A stretch of DNA of 64,000 nt. It comes from a virus. Lineage: Duplodnaviria > Heunggongvirae > Uroviricota > Caudoviricetes. The stretch is taken from IMG/VR virus record IMGVR_UViG_3300047202_000060; one strand, 5' to 3'. The notes under the pieces are model-generated. The model saw only the letters and a list, made by a program, of their open reading frames with translations, was not told the DNA's origin and did no database searches. Shown piece after piece: positions 17,429-27,558 of the stretch. The position numbers and the translations under genes were made by a program. The number at the start of each line of letters is the position of its first letter. Positions within the stretch are counted from its first letter, which is position 1.

Positions 17429-17789
17429 TCCAACTTTTCTCCATTTCGATAATTGTCTGCCACTCTTTTGCCGTCTTGAAATAATAGCTACTTACTTCTT
17501 CGCTCAAGTAAATTGCACGACCTCTTTTCTAGGCACTTTACCCTTAATATCGCACACCGAATAGCTATCACATTTTTGACATTTACGTTCTGAATATTCT
17601 GTGCATACAATCACTTTCACAACGGTTATACCCGTTTTCAAGTTAGCTTGCATCTGCATTCTTCTCAACTGAACGACACCTTTTCTTTGTTCTCTAAGAT
17701 GTAGATTAAGGCTTGAGCAATTATTTCCTGATTAGTTTGAACATTTCCTGTCGGAATAGATTTTAGATTTCTGATTATTTGTTCTCGGT

Positions 17790-18065
17790 TCAAGTGAATT
17801 GCACAATCTCCTTTAGCGGTTTTCCAATCGGAATCCAGATTTGGTTTCCCCTAAGAAATAAATAAGATTGTCCATTAACAAACGCACAAACAAATTCGCC
17901 TTTATAATTGTTTCTCTTCCAACTTTCAAAACAGTCTTGGCAAATGTAATACATCCATCCATCTTTAACATAATGACGGGGCAATCCCGTATAAAGTGTG
18001 TTCTCTTTTTTCTCTACAATTTTCTCTTCCAAGTTTGTAGAACCACAAATAGGGCATCTGTTCAT
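17790..18065 (-). CDS. Zn-ribbon protein, paralog of 14093..14374, EIVQFT tail
   Basis: see 14093..14374. Confidence 0.55.
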   Translation of the reverse strand: MNRCPICGSTNLEEKIVEKKENTLYTGLPRHYVKDGWMYYICQDCFESWKRNNYKGEFVCAFVNGQSYLFLRGNQIWIPIGKPLKEIVQFT

Positions 18066-18222
18066 CCTATTATTCTCCTTTTTAATCCAAAATTAATGAA
18101 AGGCATATTTAGAAGGTAAAAAACGAATAGAAGAAACTCGGATTGAGTATAATAAGCAATACTATCGCTCACAATTAGAATCCATTCTTGATATACTTTC
18201 CAGAAATTCATTTTTCTCGCCT

Positions 18223-19083
18223 TTAGAGAAAGACCCGTTCAGCGTGAATATGTCCGTTTCCTTTACTGTCAAACTCGTAAGGTTTGCCCGACTGAACGAA
18301 TGCTGGAAAGTAGATTTTCATAGATTGTTCCGTGTTTTCTTTGTCAATCCACAGAAACTCACCTTTACGCAAACCCATAAGAGCGTTAACCACTCGTTCA
18401 CCCTTTTCTGTCCCGAACATACGCTTTAGCTTCTGCCTGTCGTTATCACCTGAGATTGAGCCAATAAGCATATATTTTGTACGCTCCACTATTCGAGTAG
18501 AAATATCGCTTAAACGTTGTCCTATTCCTATGAAGAATTGTCCGTAATTTCGACTTTCAGACCAAATCTTAAGCCAAAACTCAGATCGCTTATAGGAACC
18601 GAACAAGTTCTGAATCTCTTCAAGAACGTAAATTCGACTAAGTTTTGGTTGTCCGTTATTTTCGTTCATTGACTCTCGTTGAATATAGTAATCTTGCCCG
18701 ACCAAGTTTTCTATCAAGCTAACATTCATTGTTGTTGACACGAATCCCAAATCAAGCAGAACAATTTTTTCGTCCTCTGGAATACTAGGCTTCTTTGTTA
18801 CATCAACATAAGGTATTCGGTCAAATTTTTGCTTCCAAACGTTAGCAGAATCTCCTATACGAAGTATAACTTTTCCATCTTTGTATTTTTGTGAATTCAT
18901 TATGAATCTAACTATATGCATTGCAACAGTTGTCTTACCTGTGCCCCCCAAACCAATTATGAGCAGTTTTCCGTTCTCAGTCAAACTTTGCATTATGTTT
19001 TCAAGTAACTTTTCGCTCATTTTTTGAGCGTCAGATTGCTCAGATATTTCTATTGCAATTTTATTTTCGGTTTCTTCCGTCAT
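18223..19083 (-). CDS. P-loop NTPase (possible DNA-translocating or packaging-type ATPase)
   Basis: Walker A IIGLGGTGKTT; hydrophobic-D Walker B candidate VLLDLGF; 286 aa. Confidence 0.5.
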   Translation of the reverse strand: MTEETENKIAIEISEQSDAQKMSEKLLENIMQSLTENGKLLIIGLGGTGKTTVAMHIVRFIMNSQKYKDGKVILRIGDSANVWKQKFDRIPYVDVTKKPSIPEDEKIVLLDLGFVSTTMNVSLIENLVGQDYYIQRESMNENNGQPKLSRIYVLEEIQNLFGSYKRSEFWLKIWSESRNYGQFFIGIGQRLSDISTRIVERTKYMLIGSISGDNDRQKLKRMFGTEKGERVVNALMGLRKGEFLWIDKENTEQSMKIYFPAFVQSGKPYEFDSKGNGHIHAERVFL

Positions 19084-19089
19084 CTTTTA

Positions 19090-19278
19090 TCAAACCCATC
19101 TAATTTCGATTTCGACTTTGCAATTAGGACACCATTCGTGAGTTACATATATGTTTTTGTTAAGTGAATGTGGAAACCCGTTTTTCATTTCGAAAGCTGG
19201 AAGATCGTAATAGCATTTAGGGCAAATTAATTTTTTTGGTTCGTCTTTATATTGATATATTACTTCCATTTTAATCAC
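19090..19278 (-). CDS. Zn-ribbon protein
   Basis: CPKCYYD...CPNCK. Confidence 0.45.
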   Translation of the reverse strand: MIKMEVIYQYKDEPKKLICPKCYYDLPAFEMKNGFPHSLNKNIYVTHEWCPNCKVEIEIRWV

Positions 19279-19545
19279 CTAAAGTGGAATTGCTGTCGGA
19301 TAACCAGCAGAAGTTAATATTACGTTCATAATGTGTATTAGTACAAAAGCTAACATCGTTCCCCCAACAAGCCAAAAAACTGCAAGCTTCTTTGTGCGAA
19401 ACATGGAAAATCGCTCGTTATAGGCATCTCTAATAAGCATCTGTTTACGTAGTTTTTCTTCACGCTTCTGCACTTCATACTGAATATTAAAAGAAGTATC
19501 TGGACTAACACTCAAATCACGCATCTTTATTTTCTTCTTTGCCAT
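19279..19545 (-). CDS. small membrane protein
   Basis: C-terminal hydrophobic helix LAVFWLVGGTMLAFVLIHIMNVIL. Confidence 0.5.
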   Translation of the reverse strand: MAKKKIKMRDLSVSPDTSFNIQYEVQKREEKLRKQMLIRDAYNERFSMFRTKKLAVFWLVGGTMLAFVLIHIMNVILTSAGYPTAIPL

Positions 19546-19582
19546 ATTGTCAATCTACCCTAAGTTAATAATGGCATTTGTT

Positions 19583-19616
19583 CTATATAAACGTTTGCCC
19601 AAAATACCCATGCTCA
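19583..19616 (-). promoter_or_regulatory. class I element copy abutting junction cassette
   Basis: ctatataaacgtttgcccaaaatacccatgctca. Confidence 0.4.
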
Positions 19617-19829
19617 AGTAAACTGAACCTTCTCTTTGTCTTTCATTAGAAATTTTGAAAACTCTTTTTGCCATTCACTATCAGGTTTTCCACGAAGACT
19701 TGGTATTTTCTTATGCCATATTTTTTCGCATTCTGGACAAATATGAGTTGACGATACTATTCCACTATGATAAGAGAAATGTTCATTTACTCTTTCTCCT
19801 CTTCCGCATCTTCCGCAATATTCAGTCAC
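19614..19829 (-). CDS. Zn-ribbon protein, GTG start, EKVQFT tail
   Basis: CGRCGRGE...CPEC. Confidence 0.5.
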   Translation of the reverse strand: MTEYCGRCGRGERVNEHFSYHSGIVSSTHICPECEKIWHKKIPSLRGKPDSEWQKEFSKFLMKDKEKVQFT

Positions 19830-20002
19830 GTAAACTCGACCTTCACTTTCTCAAATGGCATTCGCGCAAAAGGACATTCAATTTCGCTGTCTGGAATATT
19901 TTCATATTGCATACACTTTTTCCCCTCTTTATGAGGACAATTAGGGGCAGTATTCTTGAAGTCACCACAATCAGGTATTAGCTCATGAAGAATACCCTTC
20001 AA
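19826..20002 (-). CDS. unannotated 58-aa Cys-rich protein, TTG start, EKVKVEFT tail
   Basis: LKGILHELIPDCGDF...CPHKEGKKC...ECPFARMPFEKVKVEFT. Confidence 0.4.
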   Translation of the reverse strand: MKGILHELIPDCGDFKNTAPNCPHKEGKKCMQYENIPDSEIECPFARMPFEKVKVEFT

Positions 20003-20274
20003 GTAAATGCTACCTTTTCAGTTTTCTTCTTTTCCTTTTCTTCCTCATGGCGTTCGTCATCCAATTCTCCCAAATAAGAATCAATAGTATCCCAATTAAT
20101 ACCTATAGTTGCATCATGCTTATTTTCCATTCTATCGAGAATTTCTTCTGCTTCCTTCTTAGAGATTTTTATTCCACGTTCTTTTGCTTGTTCCAGAACA
20201 TCTGGAACCGACCAAATAATCACGCAAACGTGTTCGTTCGGGTCAATACGTTTTATCTCGTCTTTGCCTAACAT
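19999..20274 (-). CDS. acidic hypothetical protein, EKVAFT tail
   Basis: 91-aa ORF. Confidence 0.5.
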   Translation of the reverse strand: MLGKDEIKRIDPNEHVCVIIWSVPDVLEQAKERGIKISKKEAEEILDRMENKHDATIGINWDTIDSYLGELDDERHEEEKEKKKTEKVAFT

Positions 20275-20403
20275 TTTCCCTCAATACCCCTTCTAGTTCT
20301 GCTTTTATGCCTTTCCAAACTTGTTGAAGTTCAGGTCTGCCGTTCCAAAATTCTATGCGTTCTTCGGCATACTTTATTCGTTTAGCAACGTATTCGATTA
20401 TTG

Positions 20404-20676
20404 TCACGTAAATTGCACGATCTCCTTTTCTCTTTCTTTGTTGTTCGTTAAGTCAGTTTCAATTTTCATACCAAAAAATTCTATCTCTTCTTGTGCCTTT
20501 CTCAGCAAAATATCCAAGTTATCTGCAACCTTTGATTCTATCATGCCTCTTTCGTCCCCAAAAGAATAGACAAATCTGTTTATGCCTTTCTCAATCTGAA
20601 TCCAATGTTCATGTGTTCGAGAACCATTCTTATTCCAAAGAGGTTCTTGTGCAAGATAAACTGTGTTATATATCAT
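20404..20676 (-). CDS. hypothetical protein, EIVQFT tail
   Basis: 90-aa ORF. Confidence 0.5.
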   Translation of the reverse strand: MIYNTVYLAQEPLWNKNGSRTHEHWIQIEKGINRFVYSFGDERGMIESKVADNLDILLRKAQEEIEFFGMKIETDLTNNKEREKEIVQFT

Positions 20677-20897
20677 GTGAAAGACACCTTCTCTTTAACT
20701 GTTATTCCCCGAAATTCAAGATACATTTCTTCCCATTTTGAGTCCCATGAATCAGGAAAAGAATCAATTATTGACATAAAGTGATTAATCCAATATGCGT
20801 GACACTTCGGACAAACTCTTATAAGGTTTTCACTTGTACTTCCCATAGAAATTAACTTGACAGATTTTTTATGACATCTACCACACTTCTCGCTCAT
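20673..20897 (-). CDS. Zn-ribbon protein, EKVSFT tail
   Basis: CGRCHKK...CPKCH. Confidence 0.5.
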   Translation of the reverse strand: MSEKCGRCHKKSVKLISMGSTSENLIRVCPKCHAYWINHFMSIIDSFPDSWDSKWEEMYLEFRGITVKEKVSFT

Positions 20898-21145
20898 GTG
20901 AATTGTACCCTCATATTTTGTTTTGACCTTTCAAGAATCTTTTTACACATCTCCATAAAACAATCGAGATGAACCCATACGCTTTCATAATTGACTTCGA
21001 CCCTTACTGAATCCTCATCTTTTTTAATCCATTTTCTGCAATGAGCGCAACAATTTCCAGCAAATTCATAGTCAGCTTGCCCTTTCGTCAAATCGATTTC
21101 TATCTCGTTCATTTCTACCACTTTTTCTTGTTCTCTTCTAGGCAT
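20894..21145 (-). CDS. hypothetical protein with CxxC/HxxC, MRVQFT tail
   Basis: CCAHCRKW...HLDC. Confidence 0.5.
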   Translation of the reverse strand: MPRREQEKVVEMNEIEIDLTKGQADYEFAGNCCAHCRKWIKKDEDSVRVEVNYESVWVHLDCFMEMCKKILERSKQNMRVQFT

Positions 21146-21306
21146 TTCTTCTTAACGGGACAATCTCGATATATCTCTGGAAGACAGCACAAGAGAGAGA
21201 AACATCTTTCGTATTTCTTTGGTATTTCCATAAAGATGTAGATGTCACCGACACTTATAAAGGTTTGTTAAGAATAAACATACACAAAAAAAAGAAAATG
21301 GGAAAA

Positions 21307-22203
21307 TTATGGAGATGTCGAATTGCTTGGAAGTTGGAAGAACGGAATTACACCGCTTCCGTAATAGGTCGGTAGTTTGCCGTCCCATTGTTGCAAATAG
21401 AGGTATTGAAGATACTCTGGGCTAACATTTAGTTGCTGTGCGATTAATTGTAATGCTTGAGCGTCTGCATTTGCCTTTGTCAAAGTTGCATATGCGTATG
21501 CGTCTGCCGAAATTCTTGTCATGTTTGCTTGTGCTTCTTGTTTGAGAATTTCTTGTTCTTGCTGATAGCGAATTATTTCAAGATTGTTCTTCTCTTCGTT
21601 TGCTTTTTGCTCGGCTGTCACTTTGTTCTCAATTGCTTCGTTGAACTTTGCTGAAAATTCAAAGTTTTCTAGCTGAACATCGATAACGGTTATGTGATAT
21701 TGCGAAATTCGTGAACGAAGTGTATCTAAGAAGAGAATCTTTACTGCATCTCGTTTTTGAAGCAATTCCTCTGCTTTGAAACTAGAGACTGAGGCTTTTA
21801 GACTTTCTTGCATGTTGTTGATTATTACTCGTGTTTCCCAATCGGTGCGAAGTGTTCTGTAAATGTCTTCTACAAATCCCGATTCGATATGATAGTTTAT
21901 CGAAACTGTAGTCATAACCTCTTGCAAATCGTTTGTTCCACATGACATGTTTGCTAACTCTGCCTTATGAATCTGCAAGTCTATGTTCACTATGTCCTGT
22001 CCAAACCACGGATTAACCCAATGAATGCCTTCACCTGTCGTACCCGTGATTTGTCCAAATTGTGTAGAAACACCTATGTAACCACTCGGTACTGTTCTGA
22101 TTCCAAGAATAGCGGTTCCAATCAAAAGCATACAAAGAACTACAAAGATAAGAATTCGAACGATACTCCATTCGCCGTCTTTATTCTTTAATATATTTCT
22201 CAT
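21307..22203 (-). CDS. SPFH/band-7 (prohibitin/HflK-like) membrane protein
   Basis: N-terminal TM helix, then PSGYIGV...band-7 core, long coiled-coil tail. Confidence 0.7.
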   Translation of the reverse strand: MRNILKNKDGEWSIVRILIFVVLCMLLIGTAILGIRTVPSGYIGVSTQFGQITGTTGEGIHWVNPWFGQDIVNIDLQIHKAELANMSCGTNDLQEVMTTVSINYHIESGFVEDIYRTLRTDWETRVIINNMQESLKASVSSFKAEELLQKRDAVKILFLDTLRSRISQYHITVIDVQLENFEFSAKFNEAIENKVTAEQKANEEKNNLEIIRYQQEQEILKQEAQANMTRISADAYAYATLTKANADAQALQLIAQQLNVSPEYLQYLYLQQWDGKLPTYYGSGVIPFFQLPSNSTSP

Positions 22204-22237
22204 TTATTCTCGACCTTACTGAAAGTAAGGTATCAGC

Positions 22238-22274
22238 GTTCCTTATAAAGTTTTGCCTAGAAAGAACATACTCA
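22238..22274 (-). promoter_or_regulatory. class I element copy
   Basis: cgttccttataaagttttgcctagaaagaacatactca. Confidence 0.4.
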
Positions 22275-22328
22275 TAATACGTCACGTAGCAACCCCTTGT
22301 TGATGGACGGGGGCAAAGTGATACTTAT

Positions 22329-22344
22329 TTAATCAACTGATTAA
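22329..22344. repeat. 16-bp palindrome TTAATCAACTGATTAA
   Basis: inverted repeat copy. Confidence 0.6.
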
Positions 22345-22472
22345 AATTCCTCTTTTTTGACATGTCTAATGCGATAGGCATGGACAAACTTTACAGAAAT
22401 TTAAAGGAATATGCCCTATTGTGGATAACTCTATTAAAAAAGAGAAAAGTGAGCACGACTCAAAAGACGTGC

Positions 22473-23912
22473 TTATGGCGTAAAGGTCACGGTTATTGAG
22501 GGAACACCGTTAACCCTGATTCCTAGTTCATGTATCGTTGTGTAATAACGATTAGAACCATCGGAATATTGCACTTGTGTTGATACGTCTTGACGAAGCG
22601 TTCCTGTCACGGTGAAAGTATCTGTTCCGTAGATTTGCACGATTCTGTTATAGACATCACTTGGCAGTTGGAAGCTAACCGAAGAGGGTACATCTCCCGT
22701 ATAAATCATAGAGAACGTATTAGCATATCGCATATCGAGAGAGCAAATTACCATCGTGACACTTATAGTGTACTGTGGCGGTGGAATCGGTATCGGATTG
22801 AAGACAGCAATAACACTAATATCATGTATCATAGTTATGTCTGCTGGATTTATTGTTGCAATTCCATAGGAATCAATTACCCAATGGTCAAAATACCATC
22901 CTTCACTTGGATAAGCTGTTACGGTTATCTCTGTTCCTTCAACATAGCTATGAACACCTATTGGGTCGGCTGTCCCGAATCCAGATTGAGTACCGTCACA
23001 TGCTTCCACGGTAACTGTCAACGTGTAGTATTTCGGTGGTGGTGGTGGAATCGGAATCTCGCAGAAAACAGCTTCTAGCGTATGATTTGAGCATTGCTCT
23101 TGTGGATTGCACATCTCTATGCTTATTGGATTTGTTGTGTTGCTCACGTAGTTTCCATCGAGAACCCATCTCTTGAAATAGTTTCCAGAATCGGGAATAG
23201 CTGTTACAGTTGCTATATCGCCAGCGTCATAGAGATATACGCCTACTGTCGGATTAGTTATGCCGTTTCCCTGAGTGGTGATTGTCAAAGAATACTTTGG
23301 AATAATCTGTATTTCTTCAAACCACACTTCCAAGTTTTCTGGGTTAGTCATATTGATTGTTATTGGATTGTCCGTTGTTTTCTTGCCCTCAAATTCAAAA
23401 TGGTCAAATTCATATCCGTTGTTCGGGGTAGCCAAGATTGTCAGTACGGTGTTCTCCAAATAATAACCTTCTGTACAGTTAACCGTACCATCTCCCGTTT
23501 GATGAATATTGATCGTCAGCTTGTATGTTGGAATCTTCTCAAAGTTCGGTGTCAATTCTATATCAGTTGTTATGTGAAGTTGAATCGGATTGTTTGTGTT
23601 TTCAGATGTCCATCCCAAAGCTTTGACAAACCATCTATCAAAGTAATATTCGGTATCTGGTATTGCGGTGACGTTTACGATAGTACCATAACCATAATGG
23701 TATGTACCAGAATCGGGACTTGTTTCTCCATGACTAGCTGACTTAATCTGTAGTTTATACGTTGTTTGTGTAAGAAGTGTTACATCATAGCCAGAATGTG
23801 TTCTAGTAGAACCCCCTTCATTGATAATCATAGCAAATGCTGGTGCTATTGTCATTGCGATTGCTAGAAAGAACGCTATTAGAATTGCGAACATTATTCT
23901 TTTCTGTTTCAT
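22473..23912 (-). CDS. secreted or membrane-anchored repeat glycoprotein (four tandem ~90-aa beta-rich repeats)
   Basis: signal peptide MFAILIAFFLAIAMTIAPAFA; repeated GxYxYxxG..VTAxPxxGYxFxxW..NPI motif; five N-x-S/T sequons; PPPPP linkers. Confidence 0.5.
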   Translation of the reverse strand: MKQKRIMFAILIAFFLAIAMTIAPAFAMIINEGGSTRTHSGYDVTLLTQTTYKLQIKSASHGETSPDSGTYHYGYGTIVNVTAIPDTEYYFDRWFVKALGWTSENTNNPIQLHITTDIELTPNFEKIPTYKLTINIHQTGDGTVNCTEGYYLENTVLTILATPNNGYEFDHFEFEGKKTTDNPITINMTNPENLEVWFEEIQIIPKYSLTITTQGNGITNPTVGVYLYDAGDIATVTAIPDSGNYFKRWVLDGNYVSNTTNPISIEMCNPQEQCSNHTLEAVFCEIPIPPPPPKYYTLTVTVEACDGTQSGFGTADPIGVHSYVEGTEITVTAYPSEGWYFDHWVIDSYGIATINPADITMIHDISVIAVFNPIPIPPPQYTISVTMVICSLDMRYANTFSMIYTGDVPSSVSFQLPSDVYNRIVQIYGTDTFTVTGTLRQDVSTQVQYSDGSNRYYTTIHELGIRVNGVPSITVTFTP

Positions 23913-23945
23913 TTTCTCAACCTTACTAGAATACTAGAGCAATCA

Positions 23946-23980
23946 CCTTAATAAACCTTTGCTTAGAAACATCATGCTCA
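23946..23980 (-). promoter_or_regulatory. class I element copy
   Basis: ccttaataaacctttgcttagaaacatcatgctca, about 37 nt upstream of 23912. Confidence 0.4.
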
Positions 23981-23990
23981 TTTGGGGCAG

Positions 23991-24006
23991 TTAATCACCA
24001 GATTAA
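23991..24006. repeat. imperfect palindrome TTAATCACCAGATTAA
   Basis: degenerate inverted repeat. Confidence 0.3.
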
Positions 24007-24380
24007 TTAGGGAAATGAGGGGTTAATTGAGAGGATTTCCTCACCGACTTCGGCTCGTTCCCAAGCTATCTTTTCAGCGTCTATTCGCCTTTTAGCCTTA
24101 ACTTCAAACTTGCGTTTGCTAGTTACGACTGTCCATTTCATTTTGGGTCTTTCTCCATTTATGATTAGAGAGAATTATCCACGCTATAAAACAACCTTCA
24201 AAAACAAGCATTCCTAAAATTCCGAAAGTTAAAACCGCGCTTGCAGTTGGGTTTATCAAGTAAAGTTTACCTTCTCCTTATTCTCGATTATATAAATTAG
24301 CGCAACGGCAAGTATTCGTTGATTTTCTTGAACATTTCCAGAAGGAATTTCTTTAAGCAACTTTACTATTTCTGCTTTGG

Positions 24381-24605
24381 TCACTTCTTGAACCTCTTTC
24401 GCAAGTAGTTTATCCCTATGACAATCATACCTAGAACAATTAGAATGCCTATGACAATCGCAACCACGTTAGCAACTAATGAGCCTATTAAAACAGCTAG
24501 GAGAAGAGCATCAATTGAGATTTTGCTAGTCATATCCAGAATTACAAATGTGAGTAAAGAGCCGATGAACATGCCAAAGAGTCTATGTTTCAGTTTTGTT
24601 TCCAT
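24381..24605 (-). CDS. small membrane protein (two TM helices)
   Basis: hydrophobic stretches. Confidence 0.45.
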   Translation of the reverse strand: METKLKHRLFGMFIGSLLTFVILDMTSKISIDALLLAVLIGSLVANVVAIVIGILIVLGMIVIGINYLRKRFKK

Positions 24606-25029
24606 TTTTACAACTTCCTATCCACATTGAAAAAGCAATTTTAAATCTCAAAAATCTGTGAAGTGTTTTGTGACATTGATAACACAAAGGAATAAAGTCT
24701 TTTATGTGTTCCAAAATATATCTAGGCGAATTAATGTGGGGGTTCAAAGTTATGTCGTGAAAACATATTCGCTTTGGAGTTTCTCCACAAATAACACATT
24801 TTGTTCCCAGAACCTTTTTTATTTTTGTTCTGAGGTCATCTCTGTGTATTTTTGCGTGTTGACAAATTTGTATCTTGTTGTCTTTGTAATATTTCTGTTT
24901 TTCTTTATGAGTCTGATTTTTATGAGTGTCCCTATATTCTTTCATTTTCTTCAAAATAATGGTTCTGTTTTTGTAATAGGATTTTAGAGTTACAGTATTA
25001 TGTCTTAGTCTTTTCTCTTCTTGATTCAT
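24583..25029 (-). CDS. HNH endonuclease family A
   Basis: VLGTKCVICGE...NSPRYILEHIKDFIPLCYQCHKTLH; basic N-terminus. Confidence 0.6.
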   Translation of the reverse strand: MNQEEKRLRHNTVTLKSYYKNRTIILKKMKEYRDTHKNQTHKEKQKYYKDNKIQICQHAKIHRDDLRTKIKKVLGTKCVICGETPKRICFHDITLNPHINSPRYILEHIKDFIPLCYQCHKTLHRFLRFKIAFSMWIGSCKNGNKTET

Positions 25030-25216
25030 ATTTTCGCCTTTTTTTCTAACCAGAGAGAAAAAGATACAGCTAAGGCATAAGATTTGGCATTGCCTATTCC
25101 CTTTCGAAAATCTGAACTGACAAATTCTTGAAAGAGTTTATCAAAATCTGGAATTACTTTTCCCATTGCTTGAATTTCTTCGGCAACTATCTTCTTTGCT
25201 CGGCGTTCGTCAGTAT

Positions 25217-25651
25217 TTATAGTTTAATCCCCCTTTTATCTGCCTCAATCCATTCGTGACATTTTTGACATACAGTAACTATTATTAACGGATAATCGTA
25301 GTCTGGGTGATGGTGTTCGAGATTTATGGTTTGTCTGTCATCTTCGGGGCAAAGTTCACATTCCTTTTCTAAAGGAACATTTCTCTTTGCCTTTAATCGT
25401 GCATTCTGTTTAAGATGGTTTCGTTTTGCATAAGCGTTAGCTAATTCCCGAACTTTATATGGGTTTTCTTCTTTCCACTTTGCTCGTCCTTTTCGATAAA
25501 TTTCTGGATTAGCTAATCTATACTGTTTTTCCTCTTCCTTATGCTCGGCGTATCGCTTTTTTCTATATGCTCTTTCCTGTGGTTTATGGGTTAATCTGTA
25601 TAATCTATGTCTTTCTCGTTCTTTTGCCCTAAATTCTTCGTCCGCGTTCAA
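25217..25651 (-). CDS. HNH endonuclease-like (divergent) with basic repeat N-terminus
   Basis: CELCPEDDRQTINLEHHHPDYDYP...VCQKCHEWIE. Confidence 0.5.
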   Translation of the reverse strand: MNADEEFRAKERERHRLYRLTHKPQERAYRKKRYAEHKEEEKQYRLANPEIYRKGRAKWKEENPYKVRELANAYAKRNHLKQNARLKAKRNVPLEKECELCPEDDRQTINLEHHHPDYDYPLIIVTVCQKCHEWIEADKRGIKL

Positions 25652-25854
25652 TATTCAACAGCCTCATGTTCTGTTTCTTCAATTGTTGTATTTCCGTTTT
25701 CGTCTGCAACAATCGCGCAAAGTTTTCCGTTTTGGTTAGTATAAGCAATTATTCTTTTTGCCATTTTAATATCCCTTCTTAGTCATCCATGCAAATATGA
25801 AACCGATAACCACAATCGCAATGAGAGCAACGACAAACAAATAGGCTATGTTCA

Positions 25855-26121
25855 TTATGCTTCCCTTCCAAGTTTGAGTTTTATGTATTGAATTGCGTCC
25901 TCAAGTTTTGCTCTGAACGTCCAATAGGCAAGCCTTACGTTTAGCTTGAATTTCTTTATCCATTCGGGTTCGTAACCGTCCATCGTGTATTCTGCATCTA
26001 GGTCGGGTTCAAACATATCTTTTTCGTCAGCATCGCAAAACGGGCAACTAGCACCGCTAGGATAATCGAAGTTATGCTCTTCGCAATGAAGCCAATGATG
26101 TCCTTCATATATGTCTGGCAT
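25855..26121 (-). CDS. hypothetical Cys/His protein
   Basis: HWLHCEEH...CPFCD. Confidence 0.4.
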   Translation of the reverse strand: MPDIYEGHHWLHCEEHNFDYPSGASCPFCDADEKDMFEPDLDAEYTMDGYEPEWIKKFKLNVRLAYWTFRAKLEDAIQYIKLKLGREA

Positions 26122-26241
26122 TTTAAAATCTCCTAAACAATTTCAAGTAATCTGCTAAATCGCTGAGTTTTGCTCGAAGTACCCAATACTTATATGTGAA
26201 CCATTTTCTGAACGACTTGTAATAATATCTGAATTTATTGT

Positions 26242-26487
26242 TCATTGTCTATTCCTCTTTTTGTCAGTAACCCAACTAAATGTCCAGCCAACTACCCAGA
26301 GCATAATGAATATCGGGAAGAAAAGTAGAACCCATTTCCTCTTTTTTGCCTCTTCTATTCGTTGTCTTTCGCGTTCCTCAACCGCTTTGCGAACTTTAGC
26401 TTTTTGCCATCTGTAACGTTCTTCTGCTTTTCGCTGTTCGCGTTCAAGAAGCCTAGCACCAATCTCTTCTGGGTCAGACATTTTCAT
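26242..26487 (-). CDS. small protein with C-terminal TM helix
   Basis: WVLLFFPIFIMLWVVGWTF. Confidence 0.45.
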   Translation of the reverse strand: MKMSDPEEIGARLLEREQRKAEERYRWQKAKVRKAVEERERQRIEEAKKRKWVLLFFPIFIMLWVVGWTFSWVTDKKRNRQ

Positions 26488-26510
26488 TCACTTTACCCTA
26501 TACTATAACA

Positions 26511-26549
26511 CCGTCCTATTTAAACCTTGTGGTAGAACGTTCATACTCA
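26511..26549 (-). promoter_or_regulatory. class I element copy (TGGTAGAAC variant)
   Basis: ccgtcctatttaaaccttgtggtagaacgttcatactcaa, box 29 nt upstream of ATG 26487. Confidence 0.4.
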
Positions 26550-26610
26550 ATTATGGTCTGCCACATTTTCGGGGTCTTGAAGTAATACTCACTTATCTCT
26601 TCCGTCATTG

Positions 26611-26626
26611 TTAATCACTTGATTAA
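26611..26626. repeat. 16-bp palindrome TTAATCACTTGATTAA
   Basis: inverted repeat copy at 3' end of KaiC-like gene. Confidence 0.55.
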
Positions 26627-27558
26627 ATTACCTTTACCAGACCGTCTTTGGAGATGTCATACCGCTTATAGTGAGCGTCATATTTACACATACGACATTT
26701 GAGTATGCGGAAGAAATAGACTGTTTCGCCTTGTTTTGCACCTGTGTCTTGTTTGATTGCCCCGTCCCAAGAGGAAACCTTTTTGTAGTCCAATTCGGTC
26801 ACTATATCAACAATATGGCTTAAAGCTAGTCCACCAGCCAAATTCATGCCATCTGCGTCCTCTGTTGAACGCTGACTAATTATTACTGAAGTCACGCCCC
26901 GTCTTTGGTTGTATCTGCAAAGTTCGCTAAGTCTGTTCTTTATCTGTCCTCTAGTATCTTCCAGCATCGAGAGGCTATCAACCGCTAGGAAAGTAACTTT
27001 GTCAGTTTCAACTAATGAGCGATATGCAGTTATGAAAGTGTCCCAATCTCTGAGCATCGCATTCTTCACGTTGTCCAAGATGTAGAGGTTAGACTTTACT
27101 CTGTCCCAATCCAGACCTAGAAGTTTCGCCGTTTCCATGAACCGTGTCTGCAAATCGTACCGCGCGTTATCGCTTTGCCAGATTTCTTCAGCCGTTGCAA
27201 AGCAGACTTTGTTTCCGTCATTCGCCAGCTTCAGAATTAGCTCACGAATGAACAGAGATTTTCCAGAGTTAGGCAGACCGCTTAGAAGAACATTCGACCC
27301 GAAAGGAATTCCGTTTATCGGTTTGTCATCTTTGTCTAGGAACATGTTGTCTAGAAAAGTTCCCGTCCTAATTGCCGTCAAAGTTTTCGCGTTAGCATCG
27401 TTCGAAGTTGGTCTATCAACTAGAGCGTTTTTGGTAACTTCTAGAGGTTTGTTGAATGGTTCCTCTTCACCTTTTGCTTGGCTCATAATTTCGGTCATTC
27501 GCCTAATTGTGGCTTCTGCCCTTTCTCTAAGTTCTTTATTCTTTTCTTCTTCAGACAT
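26623..27558 (-). CDS. RecA-superfamily ATPase (KaiC/RadB/DnaB-C-like)
   Basis: Walker A LLSGLPNSGKS; Walker B FLAVDSLSMLED; 311 aa. Confidence 0.55.
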   Translation of the reverse strand: MSEEEKNKELRERAEATIRRMTEIMSQAKGEEEPFNKPLEVTKNALVDRPTSNDANAKTLTAIRTGTFLDNMFLDKDDKPINGIPFGSNVLLSGLPNSGKSLFIRELILKLANDGNKVCFATAEEIWQSDNARYDLQTRFMETAKLLGLDWDRVKSNLYILDNVKNAMLRDWDTFITAYRSLVETDKVTFLAVDSLSMLEDTRGQIKNRLSELCRYNQRRGVTSVIISQRSTEDADGMNLAGGLALSHIVDIVTELDYKKVSSWDGAIKQDTGAKQGETVYFFRILKCRMCKYDAHYKRYDISKDGLVKVI

